From: Macrostomum lignano
Lineage: Eukaryota
Direction: 5' to 3'
Assembly (NCBI GenBank): GCA_002269645.1
Contig: NIVC01000024.1
Span: 620,001-684,000, forward strand
Length of the DNA: 64,000 nt
This document shows positions 14,015-27,174 of the stretch, one piece after another. The notes beneath the pieces are model-generated. The model saw nothing but the letters and a program-made list of their open reading frames with translations. It was not told the DNA's origin and searched no databases. The position numbers and the translations under genes were made by a program. Position 1 is the stretch's first letter. Every line of letters begins with the position of its first letter.

Positions 14015-14448
14015 ACCCCTCCCTGAAGTTTGGCTTCAATTTCCGAACCCCCCCCCCTGAAGTTTTGTTTCAGAATCCGAACCCCCTCCCTGAAGTTGTG
14101 TTTCAGTTAAACCTTCCCTGGCGTCTACAAGAATTTTCCAATCAGTCTCTGATGAGGATACACTTTCACAAGCCAGCACTGCGATGCCTCTCAATCAATT
14201 TTTCCATTTCATTTGCAGCCGCTCAAACAGCCGTCGAGAATGCGTCGAAAATCGACCGACGGAATTGAAGCAGTCGGGACTGGCGACTCATTGCAGCTCA
14301 GGAATATTTGACAGACAATCATGAGATCTATTTTATTTTATAACTCTGAATCCATTGTTTCCAACAAACTTAAAATTGAGTATTTGAAAGAGCAATATAT
14401 GACTGTGATAATACATCTTCATTTGCCTCTTGTTGTCGAAGTTGAGGC

Positions 14449-14466
14449 ACAGACAGACAGACAGAC

Positions 14467-14539
<73 letters not shown>

Positions 14540-14553
14540 GGCAGGCAGGCAGA
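14449..14553. repeat. (CAGA)n microsatellite
   Basis: Directly visible. Confidence 0.97.
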
Positions 14554-14951
14554 GAGAGAACAAAATGAACAATTGCAAACATATTTTCGTCCAATTACGG
14601 GCTGGACAGTTCCAGCTATTTCCAATAAAATATTTTGCATTGCTAAGAATCAACAATAACTTGGGTGTCTATTTAAAAATTAAACTCATTGTCGACAGAA
14701 AGTGAAGCAAAAGATTGATATCTGGTATAGATGGCTGCATGATAGCTGTATAGATAGTTGCAGAGATAGCTGTATAGATGCCAATCAGGGGTCCAAAATC
14801 AGGATGTCACTTTGAAAGTCAAAATGCCGGATGCTATGGCGTATCTGATAAAAGAAACCCTGGCTGTATATGGTAGCCCCACCAATAGCTGACCACCTTC
14901 CAAAAACTTTAGAAATATTTTCTAGGTCAACTTTCAAAGTTTGAAACTGCC

Positions 14952-15380
14952 GCAGGCACTCATTTTGGCGCCGCAGACACTCATTTTGGCGCCGCAGGCA
15001 CTCATTTTGGCGCCGCAGACACTCATTTTGGCGCCGCAGACACTCATTTTTAGCGCCACAGGCACTCATTTTAGCGCCGCAGACACTCATTTTTGCGCCG
15101 CAGGCACTCATTTTGGCGCCACAGGCACTCATTTTGGCGCCACAGGCACTCATTTTGGCGCCACAGGCACTCATTTTGGTGCCACAGGCACTCATTTTGG
15201 TGCCACAGGCACTCATTTTGGCGCCACAGGCACTCATTTTGGCGCCACAGGCACTCATTTTGGCGCCACAGGCACTCATTTCGGTGCCGCAGACACTCAT
15301 TTTGGTGCCGCAGACACTCATTTCGGTGCCGCAGACACTCATTTCGGTGCCGCAGACACTCATTTCGGTGCCGCAGACAC
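14952..15380. repeat. 21-bp minisatellite (ggcactcattttggcgccaca)
   Basis: About 20 units just downstream of the glycine-rich gene stop codon. Confidence 0.95.
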
Positions 15381-15457
15381 TCTCTCAGCGCAGTAGGCGC
15401 AAAAAGTCGCAGATAGAATCGCTTTGAATGTCCAATCAAAAGTGACAGCTCAGCTTC

Positions 15458-18400
15458 TCAGCACATAGTATGCAGCAGCTCAATCTTCACTGACCCGTGA
15501 TTCTTGCCGGATTTGGAGTTGCCGCCTGTGACGCCAACGCAGCCGCTGCCGCCGCAGTAGGAGCCGCCGCCGCCTCCGGCAATGCCTTCGGCCAGACCGG
15601 CTCCGCCGCCGCTGTAGCCGCCGCCGCCGCCGCTGGCTCCGTTGTGGCCGCCACCTCCGCCGCCGCCGAAGCCGCCCTTGTAGACGTGTTCGGACCCAGC
15701 CTCACCGCCCACCCAGCCGTTCGCCAGGCCGCTTCCAGGCTCTCCATCGTAGCTTGAGTTCCGGGTCATTTTGGGCCTTCCAAGCCAGCCTGCTCCCGAG
15801 CCTCCGTGACGCTCACCAGTTGGCGCCGCATCCGTCTTCGTGAACCCCGGCTGGCCGTTCGAGCCGCCGAAGCCTTTGTTGGGAGAGTCTGGCACGGAGT
15901 CCGTTCCGCTGGTGCCACCCTGGCCGTCCGCGCCTGCAGTTTGCAGTTTGCCTTTCAGATTTGACGCCGATTCTCCTACAGTCCCTCAGATTCTGCGCCG
16001 ATTCTCCTACAGTCCCTCAGATTTGACGCCGATTCTCCTACAGTCCCTCAGATTTGGCGCCGATTCTCCTACAGTCCCTCAGATTTGGCGCCGATTCTCC
16101 TACAGTCCCTCAGATTTGACGCCGATTCTCCTACAGTCCCTAAGATTCGGCGCCGATTCTCCTACAGTCCCTCAGATTTGGCGCCGATTCTCCTACAGTC
16201 CCTCAGATTCAACGCCGATTCTCCTACAGTCCCTCAGATTCGGCGCCGATTCTCCTACAGTCCCTCAGATTTGGCGCTGATTCTCCTACAGTCCCTCAGA
16301 TTTGGCGCCGATTCTCCTACAGTCCCTCAGATTCGGCGCCGATTCTCCTACAGTCCCTCAGATTCTGCGCCGATTCTCCTACAGTCCCTCAGATTCGGCG
16401 CCGATTCTCCTACAGTCCCTCAGATTTGGCGCCGATTCTCCTACAGTCCCTAAGATTTGGCGCCGATTCTCCTACAGTCCCTCAGATTTGGCGCCGATTC
16501 TCCTACAGTCCCTCAGATTTGGCGCCGATTCTCCTACAGTCCCTCAGATTTGGCGCCGATTCTCCTACAGTCCCTCAGATTTGGCGCCGATTCTCCTACA
16601 GTCCCTCAGATTCGGCGCTGATTCTCCTACAGTCCCTCAGATTCGGCACCGATTCTCCTACAGTCCCTCAGATTCGGCGCCGATTCTCCTACAGTCCCTC
16701 AGATTTGGCGCCGATTCTCCTACAGTCCCTCAGATTTGACGCCGATTCTCCTACAGTCCCTCAGATTTGGCGCTGATTCTCCTACAGTCCCTAAGATTCG
16801 GCGCCGATTCTCCTACAGTCCCTCAGATTTGGCGCCGATTCTCCTACAGTCCCTCAGATTTGGCGCCGATTCTCCTACAGTCCCTCAGATTTGGCGCCGA
16901 TTCTCCTACAGTCCCTCAGATTTGGCGCCGATTCTCCTACAGTCCCTCAGATTTGGCGCCGATTCTCCTACAGTCCCTCAGATTTGGCGCCGATTCTCCT
17001 ACAGTCCCTCAGATTTGGCGCCGATTCTCCTACAGTCCCTCAGATTTGGCGCCGATTCTCCTACAGTCCCTCAGATTTGACGCCGATTCTCCTACAGTCC
17101 CTCAGATTTGGCGCCGATTCTCCTACAGTCCCTCAGATTTGGCGCCGATTCTCCTACAGTCCCTCAGATTCGCAGACTTGGATCACCTTTAGAGCCTTTG
17201 TTGCTGGCGCCGCCGCCACCTCCGGCAGCCAGCAGCAGGGTCTCCTCGGGCTTCGTGTACACGAAGCTGCCTCCGCCGCCGCCAGCATTGCGTCTGTAAA
17301 CAAAAGACAATAATCCACAATCGCTGCCTCTCTGCCCCGCAACAACGGACAGAACCGTGCCCGCTGTCAGGCTGAAGTTGCCGCTCATTTTGGCGCCGTT
17401 GCCTCCTCTAGTGAAGCTTACAGAACCGCCGTCAGCGCCCAGAGCTTCGATCCGGTAGCAGGCGGTGAACGGCAGCTGCACCGATTGAACCGAACCGTTG
17501 CGGCCATCGTGCGAGGCTTTGAGCAGGAAAAGAAGAGAGAAAGGGCCTGTCAACTTGAGCTCATACGAGGGGCACTGCAAAAGTACTTAGCTACATCTAA
17601 ACAGAAGCAGCTATGAAGCTGAAATTTTCACAGCTTCTCAAAGTATTCTCCACCAGCCTGGATGCAGCGCCTCATCCTCTCAAACCAGGTGACAAAGCAG
17701 TGGTACCACTCGGAAGTTGACTCCCCTTCCACCATCTTGTCGAATGCATCGCAGCCTCCTCTGCAGTCAAAAATCGCCGGCCAAGCAGCGAGTCCTTGAC
17801 TTTAGGGAAGAGAAAAAGTCACACGGTGCCAGATCAGGCGAGTATGGCGGGTGACTGGTCAGCTGCAGTCCCTGAGTCTGCAGCAACTGCCGTGTTGCCT
17901 GAGCCGTGTGAGCGCTCGGGCTGTCCTGATGCAGCGTCAGGCCTCGGACACCTGACTTCGGACGCGTCCTGCTCAGGGTGTGGATGACCTATGGCAAGCA
18001 GACGCCGGTATACCAGGCCGCAGTCACCGTGCGCTGGACCATTTGCTTGCCGGTGCTCCCGCCTCGCACGACCTTCGTTGGCGGCACCTCGTCTGGAAAC
18101 GCCCGCACCTGCGACTGGCACTTGCGCTCTGGCTCGTAGCAGTACACCCAAGTCTCGTCGCATGTCACGATGTCGGCGACCGCCTTCAACGCTCCATCGC
18201 TGTATTTCTGTAACCTATGTACACAAATGAAGCATCATCCTGCTCATAGTGACACCAGGAAGCTGGGTTTGGCACCTTTTGTCACATCACTTTTTGCCAA
18301 TCCCGGGATCCCGACGAATTGGATTGAAAAAGTTTCTAACCTTTGTTGCTGCAATTTTGGTTTACGAAGCCATCTAATCTGATTTTAAAGGGCTTTCAAT

Positions 18401-20435
18401 AATAAAAGTAAAACAGAACAAAATATTTTGCAAACAAGAAACTGACTGTGAGCCCTGAATTCGAGTGTGATGCACGGGCTGGCGTAATAGACGTGCTTTT
18501 TTATATGCCAGTATCAGCTCAAGAAAATCACACCTGATCGTGATGTGACCTGGGGAATGATAGCTTACAGAGCTATGGCCCGGGCCCAGAGGTGTAGAAG
18601 GGGATCAGACCTCAGACCTACCAATGAATTGGTAGCTTGGGTTGTGGTGCGATAGCAAGGTCCCACTGTTCTAATCCCAACTACGGCCCAGGAGTTTTAA
18701 AGGTAGGGACTGCTTAAAGTACATGTAGTTCTGCCACCACCCCTATGCTGGGCATCAGAAGGGTGTTCTGACAGTGCTGAGAATGAGGTCTTTCACATAG
18801 GGGGGGGGGGGGTTTCTGATCTGCGCAAGGTCGAGACCGCCTGATTTATTCAAGCAAAATATACAAAATCAGGGCAACAGCATCGGGAAAAGGCTGAGCC
18901 ATAGCCAGAATCAGACCACCAGATTCCCCCCTCCAAAAAACTCACCAGAAAAAGTCTTCTCAAATGGCGGTACCAGGGCGGCCAGCCGCATCTCCAAGTC
19001 GGCAACTTTCCACAGCCAATCGGACGGCCCAGCTTCGATGTGTCGCCGGACGCGACTCGCGTTCGAATTCGGCGGCAGTTGGGTGAATTCGACTATACAA
19101 ATCATTCGGCAGAGTTTGGAGCCTTTGGCCACGCTGGCTACTGAGCAGCCTCTCTGCATGCAGGCGGTGGCGCACTCGATCTCAGACCTGACGCCGGTCA
19201 CATTCAGCTCGAAGCTGCTCGTCACATTGTCGATGAAAACCGAGTCGGTTCTGACCAGCTCGTCCTGGTTCACGTTGGAGCCGATGCTGGAGGCTGGAAT
19301 GGCCACCCGTTCGAGTACTTCATTTCGGAGCTATAGATCACTGTTATCTAGCGTCACCAATGACCATTTAGCGTCACTAATTACCATTTAGCGTCACTAA
19401 TGACCATTCAGCGTCATCAATGACCATTTAGCGTCACTAATGACCATTCAGCGTCACTGATGACCATTTAGCGTCACTGATGACCATTCAGCGTCACCAA
19501 TGACCATTTAGCATCACTAATGACCATTTAGCATTACTGATGACCATTTAGCGTCACTGATGACCATTTAGCGTCACTAATGATCATTTAGCGTCACTGA
19601 TGACCATTTAGCGTCACTGATGACCATTTAGCGTCACTAATGATCATTCAGCGTCACAAATGACCATTCAGTGTCCCTGATAACAATTTAGCGTCGCTAA
19701 TGACAATTCAGTGTCACTGATAATAATTTAGCGTCACTAATAAACATTCAGCGTCACCAATAACTATTCAGCGTCACTGATGACCAATCAGGGTCACTGA
19801 TGACTTTTTATCGCCCCCAATGACCATTCAGCGTCACCATGACCATTCAGCGTCACCAATGACCATTCAGCGTCACCATGACCATTCAGCGTCACTAATG
19901 ACCATTCAGCGTCACTAATGACCATTTAGCGTCGCTGATGACCATTCAGCGTCACCAATGATTCAGCGTCATCAATGACCATTTAGCGTCACTAATGACC
20001 ATTCAGCGTCACCAATGACCATTTAGCGTCACTAATGACCATTTAGCGTCACTAATGACCATTTAGTGTCACCAATGATTCAGCGCGTCATCAATGACCA
20101 TTCAGCGTCATCTATGACCATTAAGCGTCATCAATGACCATTCAGCGTCATCAATGACCATTCAGCGTCATCTATGACCATTAAGCGTCATCAATGACCA
20201 TTCAGCGTCATCTATGACCATTCAGCGTCATCTACGACTATTAAGCGTCATCAATGACCATTCAGCGTCATCTATGACCATTAAGCGTCATCAATGACCA
20301 TTTGTCTCCATCAATCCGGTTTCACAGATGGAATCTGGGTCTTGCCCCTCAGCCTAGCAGCTGCCTGCCTGCCAACTTACCCAGTGAACAGCTGCACAGG
20401 AGCAGCAGCAATCCAGTGTGTACGATTGGAATCAT
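15458..20435 (-). CDS. Secreted protein: signal peptide + PAN/apple-like domain + ALK/LTK-type glycine-rich domain (PF12810-like); no TM or kinase seen
   Basis: Exons 20435-20381 (MIPIVHTGLLLLLCSCSL|gtaagt), ~19330/19317-18946 (ECATACMQRGC PAN-like; acceptor uncertain), 17516-17187 (VQSVQLPFTACYRIEALGADGG...GGNGAKMSGNFSLTAGTVLSVVAGQRG...LLLAAGGGGG) and 15933-15458 (GGFGGGGGG...GGGGGYSGG...AGGGGGSY...NHGSVKIELL). Junctions 2/3 and 3/4 are phase-compatible. Confidence 0.8.
15955..17172. repeat. 31-bp minisatellite (gattctcctacagtccctcagatttggcgcc) filling the last intron of the glycine-rich gene
   Basis: About 39 units, leaving only ~15-20 nt of unique sequence at each splice site. Confidence 0.97.
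17564..18200 (-). mobile_element. Mariner (DD34D) transposon remnant: 3' TIR plus catalytic domain, 5'-truncated
   Basis: IVTCDETWVYCYEPE (first D), LHQDSPSAH and HPPYSPDLAPCDFFLFPKVK, with 34 residues between the second and third D. The end TA|cgaggggcactgcaaaagtac at 17564 is mariner-like. Confidence 0.9.
19345..20300. repeat. 20-bp minisatellite (aatgaccatttagcgtcact) filling intron 1 of the glycine-rich gene
   Basis: Tandem units are directly visible. Confidence 0.95.
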
Positions 20436-20989
20436 TGAAAATTATTTTTTCAAATATTAAATTTAATTTAAGAAAATTTTCCTTAACAGCCCTGCTGGCG
20501 CACCAGTCAATCAAGTTTTCCGCTTTTTATGCAACATTTTCAGCCCTCGCACTGCATCCGTTCCCCTAGTCCACTCAAATCCAGTGTTGCAGCTGTACTC
20601 TGCACTGGCTGAAACTCCTAGAAAGTTTAGTTGCTATGGTAGCTAATTGAATTGCAAAATTGTGTCATCTCCAACGCGCCAAATTAAATTATGAGTACAA
20701 ACACAAGCAGACGAATGTTTGGCATCCTTTTAAAGTAAGCTGTTAATCTTGTTGGATATTTAACCTACGCAAACGATAATGGCCCTCTCAGAATAATTTC
20801 CATATTTGACTTTGAGCCTGTCCGTCAGGCACTCAGCGCTAGCCTAGCTTTCTGTGAGAGCAAATACTGAAGCATTAGATAGGATGCTCCAAAGTTGCTA
20901 ACGCCAGGAATGAGTGACTATTGAGCAAACAGCCAACAGACACACAAACAGAGAGACATACAGACAGAAAGACGCACTGAGACAAACAA

Positions 20990-21007
20990 TCAGACAGTCA
21001 GTCAGTC

Positions 21008-21048
<41 letters not shown>

Positions 21049-21177
21049 GTCAGTCAGACAGACAGACAGACAGACAGACAGGCAGAAAGACAGACAGACA
21101 GACACACAGACACACAGACACACAGACAGACAGAAAGACAGACACACGGACAGACAGAAAGACAGACAGACAGACAC

Positions 21178-21208
<31 letters not shown>

Positions 21209-21245
21209 CACAGACAGACAGACAGACAGACAGGCAGACAGAAAT

Positions 21246-21280
<35 letters not shown>

Positions 21281-21295
21281 CACAGACAGACAGAC

Positions 21296-21330
<35 letters not shown>

Positions 21331-21331
21331 C

Positions 21332-21422
<91 letters not shown>

Positions 21423-21439
21423 GGCAGGCAGACAGAAAT

Positions 21440-21470
<31 letters not shown>

Positions 21471-21485
21471 CACAGACAGACAGAC

Positions 21486-21532
<47 letters not shown>

Positions 21533-21535
21533 GGC

Positions 21536-21600
<65 letters not shown>
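20990..21600. repeat. Long (CAGA)n microsatellite
   Basis: Directly visible. Confidence 0.97.
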
Positions 21601-22029
21601 GCTACTAAAAAGGACTAATCAACACCGCTAACAGAATGATTAAACTTTGCATTCGTCAAGCTTCAATGCGCAGCATAAGCAGTGCACCATAAAGGCTGCG
21701 GGCTCAACAGTACAGTATATTTTACACAGCAGAGGCGTGGACTCTGAGCATGCCAAAGAGCAGAACAAACAATACCAATTAATGAGCAAAAGACAAACAA
21801 GCCAAATGCCTAGAAATTCATCCAGCACACAAAATATGAACTACTTGAACTTCTCGCACTTCAAGTTATTCGACATTTTTTTCTTAAAGACTGACTTTTA
21901 AACAAACATAGTTAAATTGATTAGCAAAACTTGTATTTATATATAGGCAGCTTCTTCAATGTAGACAAAATTATGAACTATGGAGCTAGAAAGGTGACCA
22001 GCAGGACTTTTCGACATTGGTGGGTTGTG

Positions 22030-22825
22030 AAATTTGTGGCCTGTGAAGTTTGGGTTGTGAAGTTTGTGAGTTGTGAAGTTAGTGGGTTGTGAAGTCGGTG
22101 AGTTGTGAAGTTTGTGAGTTGTGAAGTTTGTGAGTTGTGAAGTTAGTGGGTTGTGAAGTCGGTGAGTTGTGAAGTTTGTGAGTTGTGAAGTTTGTGAGTT
22201 GTGAAGTTTGTGAGTTGTGAAGTTAGTGGGTTGTGAAGTCGGTGAGTTGTGAAGTTTGTGAGTTGTGAAGTTTGTGAGTTGTGAAGTTTGTGGGTTGTGA
22301 AGTTTTTAGGTTGTGAAGTTAGTGGATTGTGAAGTTTGTGAGTTGTGAAGTTTGTGAATTGTGAAGTCGCTGGGCTGTGAAGTTAGTGGGTTGTGAAGTT
22401 TGTGAGTTGTGAAGTTTGTGAGTTGTGAAGTTTGGGTTGTGAAGTTTGTGAGTTGTGAAGTTTGTGAATTGTGAAGTCGGTGGGCTGTGAAGTTTGTGGG
22501 TTGTGAAGTTTGTGGGTTGTGAATTTTGTGGGTTGTGAAGTTTGTGAGTTTTGAAGTTTGTGAGTTGTGAAGTTTGTGGGTTGTGAAGTTTGTGAGCTGT
22601 GAAGTTTGTGGCTTGTGAAGTTTGTGAATTGTGAAATTAGTGGGTTGTGAAGTCGGTGGGCTGTGAAGTTAGTGGGTTGGGAAGTTTGTAGGTTGTGAAG
22701 TTTGTTAGTTGTGAAGTTTGTTAGTTGTGAAGTCGGTGGGTTGTGAAGTTTTTGGGTTGTGAAGTTTGTGAGTTGTGAAGTTTGTGAGTTGTGAAGTCGG
22801 TGGGTTGTGAAGTTTGTGGGTTGTT
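22030..22825. repeat. 16-bp minisatellite (gttgtgaagtttgtga)
   Basis: Tandem units that share the ttgtgaag core with the 9994-10530 array. Confidence 0.95.
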
Positions 22826-22925
22826 AAATTCGAGGCCCACTAGTGTAAAGACTCGACAAGATGCTGATTTGAACTTAAAATCCTTCTCGAAAGCATCGTT
22901 GAATATCTCGACGACTCCGCCGAAG

Positions 22926-25518
22926 TCAGGCCTGCTCTCTTGCAGCGCTTAGCTTCGCCATCAGCCGGGCATCCCGCTCGCTCCGTTCGGTCAATCGGTA
23001 CCGCCGCATCTCCTCGTAGGTCAGGCCGCAGTACATCTGGATGCCGTACACCACTGTCCCGACCACGGCGCCAAGGAAGCCACCCAGAAAGGCACCGCCC
23101 AGCATCGGCTGGAGGCCGTGGGCACCGCGAACGCAGGCGCCGGCTGCGATGCCCGACGGCAAGAAGTCCAGCGGCGAGGAGCGGCCGCGCACGGCCGAGA
23201 TGCACTGGGCGCCGCCGAGGAACAGCGGAGCAAAAATCAAAGAGCTGGCGGAGCGCTTCAGGCCCAGGCGGAGGGCGCGCATTGTGATGTAGTCCATCTT
23301 GCGGCGGGACGCCTGCGGTTTGAGGGGCGATTCTCTGGGGTTTGAGGGGCGATTCTTTATGAGGGTTGAGGGGCGATTCTCTGGGGTTTGAGGGGCGATT
23401 CTCTGGGGTTTGAGGGGCGATTCTTCATGAGGGTTGAGGGGCGATTCTCTGGGGTTTGAGGGGCAATTCTCTGGGGTTTGAGGGGCGATTCTCTGGGGTT
23501 TGAGGGGCGATTCTCCATGAGGTTTGAGGGGCGATTCTCTGGGGTTTGAGGGGCGATTCTCCATGAGGTTTGATGGGCGATTCTCTATAAGGTTTGAGGG
23601 GCGATTCTCCATGAGGTTTGAGGGGCGATTCTCCATGAGGTTTGAGGGGCGATTCTCCATGAGGTTTGAGGGGCAATTCTCTGGGGTTTGAGGGGCGATT
23701 CTCTGGGGTTTGAGGGGCGATTCTCCATGAGGTTTGAGGGGCGATTCTCTATGAGGTTTGAGGGGCGATTCTCTATGAGGTTTGAGGGGCGATTCTCCAT
23801 GAGGTTTGAGGGGCGATTCTCCATGAGGTTTTAGGGGCAATTCTCTGGGGTTTGAGGGGCAATTCTCTGGGGTTTGAGGGGCGATTCTCTATGAGGTTTG
23901 AGGGGCGATTCTCCACGAGGTTTGAGGGGCGATTCTCTGGGGCTTGAGGGGCGATTCTCTGGGGTTTGAGGGGCGATTCTCTGAGGTTTGAGGGGCGATT
24001 CTCTGAGGTTTGAAGGGCGATTCTCTGAGGTTTGAGGGGCGATTCTCTGAGGTTTGAAGGGCGATTCTCTGAGGTTTGAAGGGCGATTCTCTGGGGTTTG
24101 AGGGCGATTCTCTGAGGTTTGAGGGGCGATTCTCTGAGGTTTGAAGGGCGATTCTTTATGAGGGTTGAGGGGCGATTCTCTGGGGTTTGTGGGGCGATTC
24201 TCCACGAGGTTTGAGGGGCGATTCTTTATGAGGGTTGAGGGGCGATTCTCTGGGGTTTGTGGGGCGATTCTCCACGAGGTTTGAGGGGCGATTCTCTGAG
24301 GTTTGAAGGGCGATTCTTTATGAGGGTTGAGGGGCGATTCTCTGGGGTTTGTGGGGCGATTCTCCACGAGGTTTGAGGGGCGATTCTCCATGAGGTTAGA
24401 GGGGCGATTCTCTAGGGTTTGAGGGGCGATTCTCTGGGGTTTGAGGGGCGATTCTCTATGAGGTTTGAGGGGCGATTCTCCACGAGGTTTGAGGGGCGAT
24501 TCTCTGGGGCTTGAGGGGCGATTCTCTGGGGTTTGAGGGGCGATTCTCTGAGGTTTGAGGGGCGATTCTCTGAGGTTTGAAGGGCGATTCTCTGAGGTTT
24601 GAGGGGCGATTCTCTGAGGTTTGAAGGGCGATTCTCTGAGGTTTGAAGGGCGATTCTCTGGGGTTTGAGGGGCGATTCTCTGAGGTTTAAGGGGCGATTC
24701 TCTGAGGTTTGAAGGGCGATTCTTTATGAGGGTTGAGGGGCGATTCTCTGGGGTTTGTGGGGCGATTCTCCACGAGGTTTGAGGGGCGATTCTTTATGAG
24801 GGTTGAGGGGCGATTCTCTGGGGTTTGTGGGGCGATTCTCCACGAGGTTTGAGGGGCGATTCTCTGAGGTTTGAAGGGCGATTCTTTATGAGGGTTGAGG
24901 GGCGATTCTCTGGGGTTTGTGGGGCGATTCTCCACGAGGTTTGAGGGGCGATTCTCCATGAGGTTAGAGGGGCGATTCTCTAGGGTTTGAGGGGCGATTC
25001 TCCAAGGTTTGAGCATATTTGGATAATATTCACAAAAATATAATCCCCACCTGCTGCTTGGAGGCGAACACAGTCAGCTTATTTCTCTCCTCAAAGCTGA
25101 CCCCAGCCAGCCGCCTCTCCTGCACAGTGTAGCGAACATTCAAATACGTAAACGTTGCCATAGAAACCAGCATGACGCTGGCTAGCTCATAGGAAGGCTC
25201 ATTATCTTCGTTAAGCGCGTAGAGATCCTTAAGCCTGTCTAACGGGCCTTCGCTAGCCATGATCTGGTCCACCTGGCTGTCAGTCACCAGGGTGCTGCGG
25301 GCCACGGTCTCAGCGGAGGGTGAGCCCAGCGACCTCAGGTAGGCGTCCCGGTGCCGAAGCTCCAGCTCCATGGCGCCCAGATCGTCTGCCAGTAGGGACT
25401 CGTCAAGACCATCGACTGGCGCTGGAGGGAGGCTGTGCGGCGGCGATGAAGCTCGGCAGTGGATCGGCGAGGCGGCTGCTCGAAAGCCGCAAAGTCTGAC
25501 CAGGTCGGAGAGGCTCAT
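22926..25518 (-). CDS. TIMMDC1: Complex I assembly factor TIMMDC1 (Tim17/Tim23 family), 2 exons
   Basis: Exon 1 is 25518-25051 (…SEGPLDRLKDLYALNEDNEPSYEL…, cag|gtgggg). Exon 2 is 23312-22926 (ccgcag|ASRRKMDYITMRALRLG…GAFLGGFLGAVVG…YCGLTYEE). The junction is phase 0, and the sequence matches recalled TIMMDC1 features (GWDRL.ELF; GG..G..LG..VG…YSGET.QE). Confidence 0.8.
23315..25010. repeat. 19-21-bp minisatellite (gaggggcgattctctggggttt) forming essentially the whole TIMMDC1 intron
   Basis: The array runs directly into the acceptor AG. Confidence 0.97.
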
Positions 25519-25649
25519 TGGGAGCTCGATGTGGAATGTCACAAAATTGGTTTGTAAGGCTGCAAAAGTGAATGCAGGATTTGATTCTAAACGGATTTTC
25601 ATTTTGCTTTGGAAGCAGTAGGTTATAATCCAAAGCTTTCATTCTGGCT

Positions 25650-26978
25650 TGAGTGAGTGCATTCAAAATCTCACCCTAGATTGAGTCAGTGGATTCAAAA
25701 TCTCACCCTGGATTGAGTGAGTGCATTCAAAATCTCACCCTAGATTGAGTGAGTGCATTCAAAATCTCACCCTAGATTGAGTCAGTGGATTCAAAATCTC
25801 ACCCTGGATTGAGTGAGTGCATTCAAAATCTCACCCTGGATTGAGTGAGTGGATTCAAAATCTCACCCTAGATTGAGTCAGTGGATTCAAAATCTCACCC
25901 TGGATTGAGTGAGTGCATTCAAAGTCTCACCCTGTATTGAGTGAGTGCATTTAAAATCTCACCCTAGATTGAGTCAGTGGATTCAAAATCTCACCCTGGA
26001 TTGAGTGAGTGGATTCAAAATCTCACCCTAGATTGAGTCAGTGCATTCAAAATCTCACCCTAGATTGAGTCAGTGGATTCAAAATCTCACCCTGGATTGA
26101 GTGAGTGCATTCAAAATCTCACCCTGGATTGAGTGAGTGGATTCAAAATCTCACCCTAGATTGAGTCAGTGCATTCAAAATCTCACCCTAGATTGAGTCA
26201 GTGGATTCAAAATCTCACCCTGGATTGAGTGAGTGGATTCAAAATCTCACCCTGGATTGAGTCCGTGCATTCAAAATCTCACCCTAGATTGAGTCAGTGG
26301 ATTCAAAATCTCACCCTAAATTGAGTCAGGGCATTCAAAATCTCACCCTAAATTGAGTCAGTGGATTCAAAATCTCACCCTAAATTGAGTCAGTGGATTC
26401 AAAATCTCACCCTAAATTGAGTCAGTGGATTCAAAATCTCACCCTAAATTGAGTCAGTGGATTCAAAATCTCACCCTAAAGTGAGTTAGTGGATTCAAAA
26501 TCTCACCCTAAATTGAGTCAGTGGATTCAAAATCTCACCCTAAATTGAGTCAGTGGATTAAAATCTCACCCTAAATTGAGTGAGTGGATTCAAAATCTCA
26601 CCCTAAATTGAGTCAGTGGATTCAAAATCTCACCCTAAATTGAGTCAGTGGATTCAAAATCTCACCCTAAATTGAGTCAGTGGATTCAAAATCTCACCCT
26701 AAATTGAGTCAGTGGATTCAAAATCTCACCCTAAATTGAGTCAGTGGATTCAAAATCTCACCCTAAATTGAGTCAGTGGATTCAAAATCTCACCCTAGAT
26801 TGAGTCAGTGGATTCAAAATCTCACCCTAAATTGAGTCAGTGGATTCAAAATCTCACCCTAAATTGAGTCAGTGGATTCAAAATCTCACCCTAGATTGAG
26901 TCAGTGGGTTCAAAATCTCACCCTAGATTTTGAGTCAGTGGATTCAAAATCTCACCCTAAATTGAGTCAGTGGATTCA
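25650..26978. repeat. 32-bp minisatellite (gattcaaaatctcaccctaaattgagtcagtg) between MEK5 and TIMMDC1
   Basis: About 41 units with a gradient of variants along the array. Confidence 0.97.
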
Positions 26979-27174
26979 GTAAGCTTTGTTCAACGAGCAT
27001 AAAGATGTACAGAATTATTACATGAAAAGTAGAATATGGTGCACATAATTATATTTATATTTCTCTAGCTACAGATAACTATAGCCGGTGTAGAATAAAA
27101 ACAAAGTAAGCAGCACCTCAAAAAGATATTAATAAACTAAAAAATTAACAAGTTAGCAGATAATTTAACTGCAG

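Noticed and set aside
15955-17172. Possible CRISPR-like array (31-bp repeats; likewise 32-bp at 25650-26978 and 34-bp at 32083-32900)
   Set aside because: The units are head to tail with no unique spacers, there are no cas genes, and the context is eukaryotic intron or intergenic DNA.
17290-17345. Apparent third lectin fragment (YCLLFTDA)
   Set aside because: It is an alternative-frame coincidence inside the glycine-rich gene exon 3.
18620-18810. Possible third tRNA-derived SINE (ggtagcttgg…gttctaatcc)
   Set aside because: The boxes are too degenerate, and there is no second copy or TSD in the window.
20914-21618. QTDR/VCLS repeat ORFs (also 14321-14705, 29117-30327, 30151-31045, 14785-15439, 9941-10585)
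   Set aside because: These are stop-free frames produced by micro- and minisatellites.
22926-23840. 304-aa ORF with repeat N-terminus fused to TIMMDC1 exon 2
   Set aside because: The N-terminus is the intronic minisatellite; the true exon begins at the acceptor at 23312.
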